In this document: piece after piece, positions 1 through 13,764 of the stretch
Numbering within the stretch: the stretch's first letter is position 1
How the letters are laid out: every line of letters starts with the position of its first letter
Source: Syncephalis fuscata S228
Lineage: Eukaryota > Fungi > Zoopagomycota
Direction of reading: 5' to 3'
Length of the DNA stretch: 64,000 nucleotides
NCBI GenBank assembly: GCA_025786725.1
Contig: JAHLTZ010000024.1
Location: forward strand, 124,001-188,000
Notes under the pieces: generated by a model
What the model was told of the DNA's origin: nothing
Seen by the model: the letters and a program-made list of their open reading frames with translations, nothing else
Databases searched by the model: none
Program-made: the position numbers and the translations under genes

Positions 1-12
1 TTGGCAGCTTAC

Positions 13-139
13 CTGATCCATGAACCAATAAGTCGGTTGAGACTACATTATTGCCGCCACCTCCATCGCCACCACTGCTATTGTTACTGTTGTTGCCATG
101 GCCATTACCGGTAGGAATCATGGCCGTGGACACCTCCAT
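13..139 (-). CDS. Probable exon of a gene running off the left edge (Gly/Asn/Ser-rich, MEVSTAMIPTGNGHGNNSNNSSGGDGGGG...)
   Basis: Open minus frame ending at a G|GTAAG donor at about 12; low-complexity peptide with no recognisable domain. Confidence 0.4.
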
Positions 140-380
140 CGCGCTGTCTCGTATACTGCCTGCCTGTCTATGCAATAGCCCAATGGCAGATAGGTAATAG
201 ATCCAAGATGAATCGCCGTGAAGCTTAATTGGTAATATATTATATAAATAGATAGATATAACAAATATTCATATACGCTATTGACACTGAATGGTCGATG
301 ATGAAAGTATATGTAGTCAAAAAGTTTAAGATGATTCAGTAAGACCACAAGGATCGTCAAGGGGTGTGAGTGTGAATAGA

Positions 381-403
381 TGTGTGTGTGTGTGTGTGTG
401 TGT
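381..403. repeat. (TG)n microsatellite
   Basis: Direct reading. Confidence 0.9.
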
Positions 404-908
404 CTCTTACTCAGACGCTTCTTTCCTTTAAACGATGTGTGAATAAAGTATGGACACGTGAAGCATAACCAATCAATCGATTAATGTTAATTGCTTTGAT
501 TGCTATTATAGTTGCGCTATCAATACTATGTCAATCAATATTACTTTTGGTTACTTTCTATTTATTATAAATACTATTTGGTAGTTGCTACACTTGCGAA
601 TGACACACTCGTCTTATCCTCATCTATTCCAAGCCTATAAGTATTCTGGTGGTACTAGCTATAACATGTAGAATCAACTAACATAAACTATACTGGAAAA
701 GTTATCGGTGGCAAGTCAAGAAGTACTGCGTAGACATGAACAGTTAAAGCGACAAGACAATAGAGTTGTTCGTTTATCGATTCATCTGTCTGAGACGCTA
801 CCTGGAAGTAAAGTTGCACTAGAAAAAAGTGAAACGTCATTTGATTCTATTGCTGAATCAGACACAGAAGACAAGTAGCCAACTCTTCTCCTTTAACTGA
901 TCATAACA

Positions 909-1218
909 ATGGTAAATATTGCAATGTATATAATGAATACAATATTTATTATATTTACTATAATAGAGTAGCAATAACAATAATAGCCAATTTACAAAGA
1001 ACAGTAGTAGTAGTAGTAGTAGTAGTAGTAAGATGTCAGGAAAGCCAGCTTGTCAAAAAGAAGCATGCGATATTCAAGCTTGTTTACAATCCAATGGATA
1101 TAACGAAATGCGTTGTCAGAAATTTATTAAAGCGTTACGTCAATGCTGTCAACAATTACAAGAAACTGGTGGCAATTCGCCTGTTTGTCCTAAACAGCGT
1201 ATTCAATCCTCTTCGTAA
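909..1218 (+). CDS. CMC4: Mitochondrial IMS twin-CX9C protein Cmc4/MTCP1-like
   Basis: PACQKEACDIQACLQSNGYNEMRCQKFIKALRQCC matches the Cmc4 pattern; ATG 909-911, intron 912-966, in-frame exon 967-1218 containing an (AGT)n poly-Ser. Confidence 0.88.
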
Positions 1219-1325
1219 ATATTAATAAATATCAATAATCAATCAGTAATTAATTAATTTATTATTATTATTATTATTATGGTCAGTGCTCTTATTTACT
1301 ATAATCATACTAAATAGATACGTAT

Positions 1326-3839
<2,514 letters not shown>

Positions 3840-3989
3840 TAGTATAAAGAACCTACGTAAACCTGTATAGATTCTTCGTAAACAGCGATTGTTATAAGCA
3901 AGTGTGAATAAAAAAGAAAATATTTACAAAGTAAAACGTTTCACGTAATTTATTCACACTTGTTATTCGGCGATTCTTTTGACAACAGA

Positions 3990-4229
3990 ATGTTTTTGGC
4001 TTCTTTAAGATCCGCAGTGGTGCGTTCATTCGAGTCGGGCACGCTTATGCGTACTGCGACAACAGCAGCCACCTCAACGTCGGTATTTGGCGCACTAAGC
4101 CAGGTGCGTGGTATGAAAGTGCGCGCTTCAATCAAGAAACGCTGTGATGGTTGCAGCATTGTACGTCGTCGCGGTAGGAGATTTGTTATTTGTAGCCGGA
4201 ATCCAAGGCATAAGCAAAAGCAAGGATAG
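3990..4229 (+). CDS. RTC6: Mitochondrial ribosomal protein bL36m
   Basis: Presequence followed by [38 protein letters not shown]. Confidence 0.93.
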   Translation: MFLASLRSAVVRSFESGTLMRTATTAATSTSVFGALSQVRGMKVRASIKKRCDGCSIVRRRGRRFVICSRNPRHKQKQG

Positions 4230-4323
4230 ACGCCAAACTACTGACCAGCCATTGAATACAATACATTAAATAGCAATTGAATAAATACTCGCGTGCTTTT
4301 AATATAATAATTTATTATGTTGG

Positions 4324-5777
4324 TTAAAATCGGTGTTGTCGGCTTGCCTTAAAAAGCCACCAAGGAAGCTGCCACGGCTTAATGGCCAGCTGTGGATTAA
4401 ATACATTAAAATGTTCTTTTTGTAATTGATTAAGATAAGCCCGTGCCGGTACCTAGTTGTTAATAATACGTTGGTGTATTTTAGTTGTATTTAAACACAA
4501 TATTAATATTAATGTTGATTATTAGTAATAATACTAATAATAAGCCAAATCATTCATAGTCACTTACCGCAGCCAACATTGCTGTTGTACTCATAGTCGG
4601 CAGTTTGTCTTCCTTTATATGCTTATTGGCAATCTCCAAATGGCCATAGGCAGTTGATGCTATATCGTAGATAACTTCATTGATATGACTTGCATCGGGT
4701 CCTCGACGAAACATGTCCTCTTCAGATGCGCCATGCTAATTAATAATATTAAACACATTGTGTATTAAACATCAGATAGCATGCAATATACATTAGTGCT
4801 TACTTTTGCAAATAGCTCCGACGGTAGATAGGAAGTGCGCTTAGATGCATGGTATGGCGTGGCACGTAGTAAAGTAACAATGCCATATGCCTTACCAATA
4901 TGACTTGCTGTATGATCAGCCGCTAAATTACGAATACCAAGCAGCTCTAATTGCAAATAAATAGCCGATGCATGCGTGGCCTCTGTATAGTTTTCAAGTT
5001 CGGCTAAACTGTTATAATAAGGCTGTATCACATCCTTTTCCTATCATTGTCTTTATTAACAATCCATTACAGCCATCAACAATCGTCTCATCTTACCCGT
5101 TCATTAATAATGCGTTTAATCCAAGAAGCCGATACCATTGGTGCGCCGCCACTTGCTACCTTGCTAGTCAACGTATGCGCTATCGCTACAATGACTGGAT
5201 GTTGTTTTGGCGTATTTCCCTAATAATATACATTTAATAAAGCTTATTTCAGCTTGCTTCACCTACCGAAAATACTTGGTCAATAGCATCCCGCCAGAAT
5301 TGCAATCGCATCTGACCAATATGATGTTCTGAGACTACATCACGTATTGAGCTAAGCTCAATGAATAAAGCGCGCAGTGCCCAGTAGCCATCGCGAACTT
5401 GTCGTGGATAAAGTAGGCCGGCAAGATAATGATCATAGTCATGCTTTCTATATCAATATAAACAAATAAATGCATGTTATTTCAAGCTACTCTAAAGCTT
5501 ACCGAACAAGATCACGGCAATAAGAGAGTGCATCCTGCGGCGATACTTTAGTACTAGGTGGCAATGAGCCACTGCTACTACTGTTGCCGCTACTTGTGGT
5601 GGCAGCAGCATTTGTATTGGATGCTACAACGTAACTGCGTCGAGTATACACATCACACACAGTTGGATTCCATGTTATACGCGACAAAATACTTTGTACT
5701 GGTGGAATAGCCGCTTGACGTGCAATTGCACTATATTTCATAGCTGGGATGGTCATTAGCGAGAATACTCGATTCAT
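4324..5777 (-). CDS. NDUFAF6: Complex I assembly factor 6 (squalene/phytoene synthase-like), multi-exon
   Basis: YCRDLVR-KHDYDHY, RLQFWRDAI, LENYTEATHAS, HTASHIGKAYGIVTLLRATP; N-terminal mitochondrial targeting-like sequence. Confidence 0.9.
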
Positions 5778-6082
5778 GGCTATTCTAAAGGACAATTAAA
5801 ACGTTATTTCAGGCGTATGCCAAAGTGCAGCCGGTAATAACGTCAATGAAACGAGACAACACCAGGGAATAACAGAGAAACAAGGTTAACAGCAAGTGTG
5901 GCAGAACATGGTTTAAAATAACCAAGCTATTGAGCGTCTCTTCAACGGACCACTTTCCGTTTTCTATTATTTCCCGACTTTACTACTTGGCGACTTTTGT
6001 CCTTTAACAGCGGCAGGTTTGTTCACAGCCTACAACAAGTGTATAACAATTAGTCGTTCATTCAGCCCGTACAACACATACT

Positions 6083-7796
6083 ATGCAAAGTATACTGCGT
6101 ACCTGGCGAGACCAACCGCCAAACCAACAAACAGCGACAGACAACGACAATAGCACTCAAAACCCGCAGTCCGACCGCCCAACTGACCTAGAAGCAGGCC
6201 ACAGTAGACGTGAGGCCGAGCCAACGACTCCAACCAACAACAGCAACAACAATGCTACAGCTACGACGCCGGCCACAACAGCCCCAGAACAGCTTAGTAT
6301 GGCTTGTGACCCGCTAACTTATGGGCGCGGCCTTTACTTTGGACCACAGTTCATTGGCACGACCGATAGTGCGGAGGAGTTGGGGGATACAGTATGGCGT
6401 CGGGTCGGCAGAGCAAGTGGAACTAGCAATCGGCTTTCTTTAATACTAAACGATGAAAGTGAGTTCAATCGACAACGAAGTAATAGCACACAAAATGCAA
6501 CCAATAGCTTGAAGAAATTAAAGGTAAATAAGTTATTAGTCATTTACCACCGACTAACTAAGGTGCTAAATCGTCTAGAACAATGATGAAAGTAACACTA
6601 CGAGTTGTACAGAAATTCACTGTGCTTTCAATGTCCATAACATTGCTCTAGTTCAGACAGGGACATCTGTTGCTAATAAAGAGAAAGGAGCGGTAGAAGA
6701 TGGCGGCAATGTTCCAGCGACAGCACATGGTCGATATCGGTTAACTTTCCAACTAGATGCATTGCGTCCAGGGAAACTTACCGTGGCTTGGCTGTCGCAA
6801 CAATATCCAGCCCATGATACACCTGGTTGCATAGCGTACGTAATAAATATTTAAAAAGTATATTGGTACTAATGTATTGGCTATCATTAGAATACGCAAT
6901 GCAACTACGCCACTGCCGGTACCAGCCACACACCACACGACATTTACTCAAGGCGTAGATCAGCTGTATAATGCACCAGATGAGCATCTTCTATCGCCGG
7001 ACGAGTTACCTGATCAACAGACGCTTATTCTACGCTCTATAGCCGAGCCTACTGAGACTGACAATACAGTCAATGAAATGGCTCCAAATGGCATTATTCA
7101 AACCGCATTGACTCGAGTGGCAACTGCCATTTCACTGTCAAATCAACAAGAAGATGCCACTCAGCCCGACATGGTAAACGCATGTTCATCAACAAACGAT
7201 ATTACCGACATCCCAATGATTTCTCTGAACAGCCATACCTCTACTGATATTCCATTACTAATTCTAATGGAAGCCGAGTCAGGCAAATATATTAATACCT
7301 AACTATGTAAAAGACTAAACATTATATTAGGCTCACAGTCATTGCTTACATTTGCATCGTTGACAAATCCATTAACGGATGGCGTAAATTCGATGACTAT
7401 TTTATTACAAAAGTTCCGAGTAAGTATAGTGGATTAATGTTGTATATGATTACTAAATAGATGTTCGTTGTAGACCAGAGGACAAACATATGTACTTGAA
7501 CGAATATATGGCGTAGAAGAAGAGGAAAACACGGTCAAGGTTGAGGCTAATAGCGATACTCTACCGACCACCGAAGAGACAGGAACCTGTGTTGTCTGCA
7601 TTGCAGATCCATCAATGGTAGCCGTGCTTCCTTGTCGCCATTTATGCCTATGCATGGAATGCGCGGAAGAACTAAGGAACCGCAGTTGTTTCTGTCCTAT
7701 TTGTCGACAAGGTAAATATACAATTAGTAATTATTTGACCGTGATACTAACATTGATCTAGCATTCCATACGATGATTTGTATTGGTGATCAGTAA
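6083..7796 (+). CDS. RING (C3HC4) E3 ubiquitin ligase, MGRN1/RNF157/LOG2-like, multi-exon
   Basis: YFGPQF; YVLERIYG...CVVCIADPSMVAVLPCRHLCLCMECAEELRNRSCFCPICRQ. Confidence 0.85.
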
Positions 7797-7840
7797 TTTT
7801 GGTGAATATGTGTGATGTTATTGTTATTGCTGTTATGGTT

Positions 7841-8491
7841 GCATTTTACTTTGACTCCAAATGTGGGAGTCTCCAAAGTACAATCCGTTTCAATCAAGGT
7901 CATGTCATTATTATACATAACATAGTTATATTACTTTTTATTAAATGTTGTTAATAAATTGATTTAAATAAATAATGTAACATACCAGTCGGTTTCTTTG
8001 GAATATTTGAGGCCAATTATTATTGTTGTTGGCCATGTGTAGAAATATTGATCGAATATTAATAGAAGCCATATGACTGCAATTCCATGTCATTCCTCAT
8101 TTGTTGTTAGTGCATCTATCTACAACATGGATTCTTGCGTTTGAATGGTTTGTTCTATTTTCTAATATTCTACTATTGCATTTTGAGCATGTTTGCAATG
8201 TAAGAGCAAGATTAATATAATTAGTATAAAGTTGTTTATTAAACAGCCACTTTTTCTATAACCAATCTGACTAAATAAATGGCATTTTGAACAACTAATA
8301 TCACAATGACAATATATACATTAAAGCAATAATAAAGATAACTAGTTGATTACATTATTGTATTGATAATTACACATGAATTAATTAATATTGGATGTAA
8401 TATTATACATGTTGTAGTAATGAACAAGTATTTAATTATATTTAAAAGTGAAGGAATGAAATGGATAAATAGAAATGTAGGAGTCACAGTA
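7841..8491 (-). mobile_element. Degenerate non-autonomous element with TIR-like ends carrying a Fanzor/TnpB C-terminal remnant (copy 1)
   Basis: Minus strand 8204-7941 reads LTLQTCSKCNSR...RIHVVDRCTNNK*GMTWNCSHMASINIRSIFLHMANNNNNWPQIFQR; imperfect inverted ends TACTTTGACTCC (7847-7858) and GGAGTCACAGTA (8480-8491); homologous copy at 37.6-38.1 kb. Confidence 0.7.
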
Positions 8492-11400
8492 GCTCCCCTA
8501 AGAGTAATTGGTTGTCGATCTTATGTGTCGACCAATAAATATCAATAAGCTTTACCAAGTTATTAATAGCAACATTAAAAGTAAAATAATACAGCATACT
8601 TGGTGAATAGATGTGATAAACTATTAATTACATTCAAAATTAATTCGTTTAATGAACAGATTAGAATATCAGTGGCACATGTCTATCCGAATAAATTATA
8701 CCAAACAAGATTATATTAAATAACCATTGGCTGTAAATCGTATTCTCTACTATAGTACTAATACCGCGTGACATTTGGACTGAACTATATTTAGACACGG
8801 CATATGGTTATTCATTGCCGCAATATGCATCCATGTCTGTAGGTGCTCATTCTCTATGCCTATGAAATCGCATAGCTGATAATAAACAGCGAATGGCATC
8901 AATGGCTACAGAAAATTTAACGCAATGACTGTAGATGTCCGACACTATCAATACAGCATCAGCTTATGCATGCGTGCATGATTTTCGAGCCGCCACGTAT
9001 TGACGAGCTATTGACCGTTCTCTTTCCCTTTCTTGCTTGCTGCTTTCATTAATTTTGTTTATTCACTTTGAGCGAACAGTGAGTTTGTGTGCGCGCAAGT
9101 GTTTCAGACGTAGCTTTGTTATCGCTTTGGCAATTATTTTGTATAAAACCACGCCGTATTACACTTTTGCATTTCTTTAGTACATCCACCTTCCCCTGGC
9201 CGTTTTTCTAGGCGAGTAAGCAAGAGAGTAGACGAACCACTCCTACAGAATCATCTCCAACGTTCCACACTCTACGTGTCACCACACCCCCACCGCCTGT
9301 GTCTGCCTTTACCGACTACAGTCTTCGTGTTAAAACACAGTAACAGGTGAGTAAGATGCTGGATATACAGCCTACACGGAATCATCCATTACGCCTTTGT
9401 CCTGTCGTTTGCACGTTCTTCAGCTTTTTTTTGATATTCTGAGATAGCCACACCTATTTACAGGTTTCATTTGCTCGATTATTTCGCCCCAACATTCGAT
9501 GCAAATGAAGCAGCAATTCTCGTGCTGCACAATCAACATCCGTCACAAAACTATGATATCTCGCTAAATACTTTACTCATTTGTTTCACCGCTTCTTACC
9601 CGACGGCTACTTGTCATACCATTCCACGTGGCTACTTACTGTTGCGGGCAAGAGATGAATTTCCTTATTCATGGGTTTTACCACATTTAGTTTCAAATTC
9701 TTTCTCTTTCTTTACCACTAACTTCGCTTCACGTTTCCCTATGTTCTTTCGCGGCTATAACGGTTAAAAGTCTATTTCTAGCACTTTATCGTACTATCAC
9801 ATCATATCCGTTGATAAAAACACTACCCTGGGCCATTGTTTGTAATAGCGTCACTCTGTATCCTCGCTTTTACGAACTGCTTTTACTTAAGCATAGTCAG
9901 GGCAACTCTACCAAAGTGCGTTCAGAAGGCTATTACAGCACTTTGTCCTTGACCTATTCTCTTTATCCTTCTTACTTTTTCACGTACACGCCTGCTACAT
10001 AGTTCTCTCCTTCTCTACGTTGCTTTATTGGTTTTGCTTTACCTGTGTCAATAACGTGTTATTCTTACTGTAGTGCAACGTAAAGCTTCGACTCGCTATC
10101 GCCTACAATACAGACGACACCAACACTTGTTAGTGTCGTTACTCCACACACACACACACCTATACAAACCTATACATACATAAATACGTAACACCAAACG
10201 CACTTACAAGGCTTTTGTTATCACTACTACTACTACCACCCACCACTACCAGGGAGAACTTGCGAATATCGGTTGAAAACGGTAAGTCAACTGCGGCCAT
10301 GATACAATAAGAGGGACGGTGGAGGTTCTGCAGATTTAAAACTATTGTAGGATTGGCACGGCATGGCACAGAAGTTGCTGCCGCTGCTGCTGCCACGGCT
10401 ACTTATTATTCCAGTCCATTATTACTGGATTGATTAATTTAAGCAAACATATTCTTATGGTCATCAATACGACTATTATCTACTTGCATTGCCCCTGGCA
10501 TTGTAAATATGGGTTTTTATTTATATACTACGGCCATAAGCCATTATGTGCTATTCCACATGTTATACAGGGGCTGTTATTTGCAGGAGATTTAGGTGCA
10601 TTTGTACTTTTGAGCTTACTGGTTCCGTTGATATGTGCCATAAACATTTACCGACGAGTACAATCAAGTGCATTTGATATTATTTTGTTAAATTTCTACG
10701 TAGCTAAAACAGCCACTGCACAATTATGTATGTATTTTACGTATTTACACTATTGCAATAACAACAATACTGTGATATAATGATAGTAATAATAATGTTT
10801 ATTTTATTATTCTAATTGATGGAAATAGCCATTATATTTCCAAATGCCTTTTTGATTTAACCGATGCCATTCCTTGCTTTATCCCTGCCTAGTCGATTGA
10901 TTGCTGCTATTCTATTTAGTTGGAAATGACGACAATAGTAATGATGGAATGCTGATATGCTAATAGCATTATCATTATAAATGTCGGCTCTCCTTTCCCC
11001 TCGTTCTCCTTTGAATTGCAGCTGCAACAATAGCGATGACGGTCATCGGCGGTTTAACAAACTCTAATACGACTACCTAAACTGCTATCTTTGATCGGTT
11101 TGAATGTGCCTACCTTTAACAACTTGCTGTTACAACTGGAATGCCCCTTTCAGTTCGGCCACTGTTCGTTACATACGAACATAAGCCGCATTTCTATATT
11201 TTAATGCTCTTGCTTCGCTCTTGTACTGTCCTGCCCCTTGATTCCCTTATTACTCTCACGCCTAAACCGCACTGCTACGGCGCTTTTGTATAACGCTTTC
11301 CCACACTCGTACATTCACGATCGCTCGCATACGGCCTTGCACTGTATCCTGCTTAGTGGTGTATGTAACTGCGTGTCAGTAGCACTACGAGTTTCCCACC

Positions 11401-13764
11401 AATAAGATCCATATCTGACAAAATAGCGGTGGTGTGGTGATTGAGGAGTACACATTAGCACCATCTCGATCACACTCGCCAAATCTGGTTCTTTTTCTCA
11501 GCTGCGTGAGTGTGTGGGGTATTCACCGCCATAGATCTTGGAATCATTCTTCTATAGAATTCATTGACTTGCCCACACACACAGAAAGAAAAGAAACAGA
11601 TAAAGCACTGCACTGCATTGACAATCGCACACGTGTGGAGGATCTTTGATAGCTTAATTGACACGGTGACGAGTTGTGTATTCAGTCCGTATATTGCCAA
11701 CCGCGTCATTATTGCCATTCAATACACCGTGTTTCCACTCGGCAGAGAAAGTTTTCTTAGACAATTGGAATCATTCTTGATATTTGTTGTATCATTTCCT
11801 CGAAACATTCGTTTGTACACGCCAAACTTGTACTGCGCTTCTTTGTTCATACATTGGTTAGACCTTTTTAATACAGGCCGATTTTCATAAATTGCTGCTG
11901 CTGCTGCTTTAGCCAGTCCCACATCTCCTCACTATCAATTCGTGTCATTACCGCGCAGCCCCTTTTGGTTTTAGTTAAACAATACTCTGACTCTGGTTCA
12001 TTTAAACATCATAGACTATACACTTGCAATAGTGATAGCACTTTGTTCTATTAGGTAGGTAACCATCTTTTTTGGCTTTATTATTATGATTATTATTACA
12101 CAATTTTATCCTCATTTCCCTTGTTTATTATTACTATAGTATTAATGGTAATAGTAGCAGTATTATGATTATTACTATTTTATTATTTATTAGTGGTAGT
12201 AATAATAACAATTATATCAATGATTTATTATTATTATTATTATTTTGTATACTTAATTGTACCCGTCTATCCTGATATGTACCCCCTCTTCTCCCCTATT
12301 TCCTGCACAATGTAACAACAGCATGGTTCTAACAGCCAACCGGCCAAGCTGGGTGGAATAGCGATAGCCACTCAATTATGTATCTGCTGCCATATGGCAT
12401 TGGGGCAGAAAGCATGCATAACTTTGCATGTGACTGGCCATGGCTTTGGTGGTTGCACCAATTTCCATGTGCTTTTTTATAGTGATGGTCTAGTCATCCA
12501 TCATGACTGGATCGTGTGTGTGTATGTGTGTATGTATTGTGTGTAGTACAGCAATGGCGATAATAATAATAACAATAACACAACTGTTGTTTTGTATATC
12601 GCATGACTTTATTCTCAGTGAAGGGGTGAAATAGTGTGTGTGTGTGTGTGTCTGGGATATGGCAACTGGTGTTTGATGTTTTTAATTCATACACAAACTA
12701 ACCATACTTGCTTATGTTTCAACTATTTATATTTATCTTGGCATTCTTTGTTTATTTCAACACTTGCTTACCGAATTAACCTGGACCATTTACGGCCACC
12801 ACCTGACTATTCTACCATGACGTTACTTTTCTTTGTAACAAAAACAACAACAACAATAACAACAATAATAACAATAACAACAATACAACGTTTAATCACC
12901 ATTGCTATGGTTGTATTGGCACGTTCACACGCGCACTGATACCCGCATGGCTATGCATATGTTTCTTGACCGCGTGTCGTTCTACCTTTTAATCCATCCG
13001 TTTTATTAATAACCGGTTTACGGCCACTCGACGCACTCACACTGGCTATTTCTGACTTGTCACTATTTTCTGGCGGGCCCTGGCATCTGCCTTTCACTAT
13101 CTCTCTCTTTCATACACACTACACTTCTGATACACAATTATCCGGGCTTTACTCCTCGGCATCCGCACTCTATAGATCTCCTTTGTCTGTTTTTATTCAC
13201 ATTTCGCTGGCTTCTCTTTCATTACCATTCTATTCCGCTCTTTCGTTTACTAACGATCATCTTCCCTTCTTTCATTCTATTTCCTTGCTCCAACTGTTCA
13301 TTCTTTGTTGTCACACATCGTACTTGATTTATTACAGTGCCGTGTGCATTTGTGTGCGTTCCTATCCTCTACTTCTCTGTGTGTGCGCTTTCATTTTGTT
13401 TCTTAGAAGTTGTTATCAATCTGTTTAGACAAGGTGGATCCTCTATTCGTACCGCCATCTAACATTATTAACAATCCATACCAACATCAAAACAACAGTC
13501 TCTAACCACCCAACCAATTATTCAACTACAAATTCACCTTATAGACGTTATTCTATTGCATCGCTTTAAAAAAACGACCACAACAGCATAGCGTCAACGA
13601 CCGGTGAGCTTTGTTTTATTTCTTGTTACACGTTCTCGATCGTGTTATTGTAATTGTTGCAGCATAGTTCAACAGCTACGGTTGCTATTACTGCATCTAA
13701 TTGTCAACGATAATTACTACACGTATAGACGGTTCTACATATACACATACAATACAAGTCAGTC

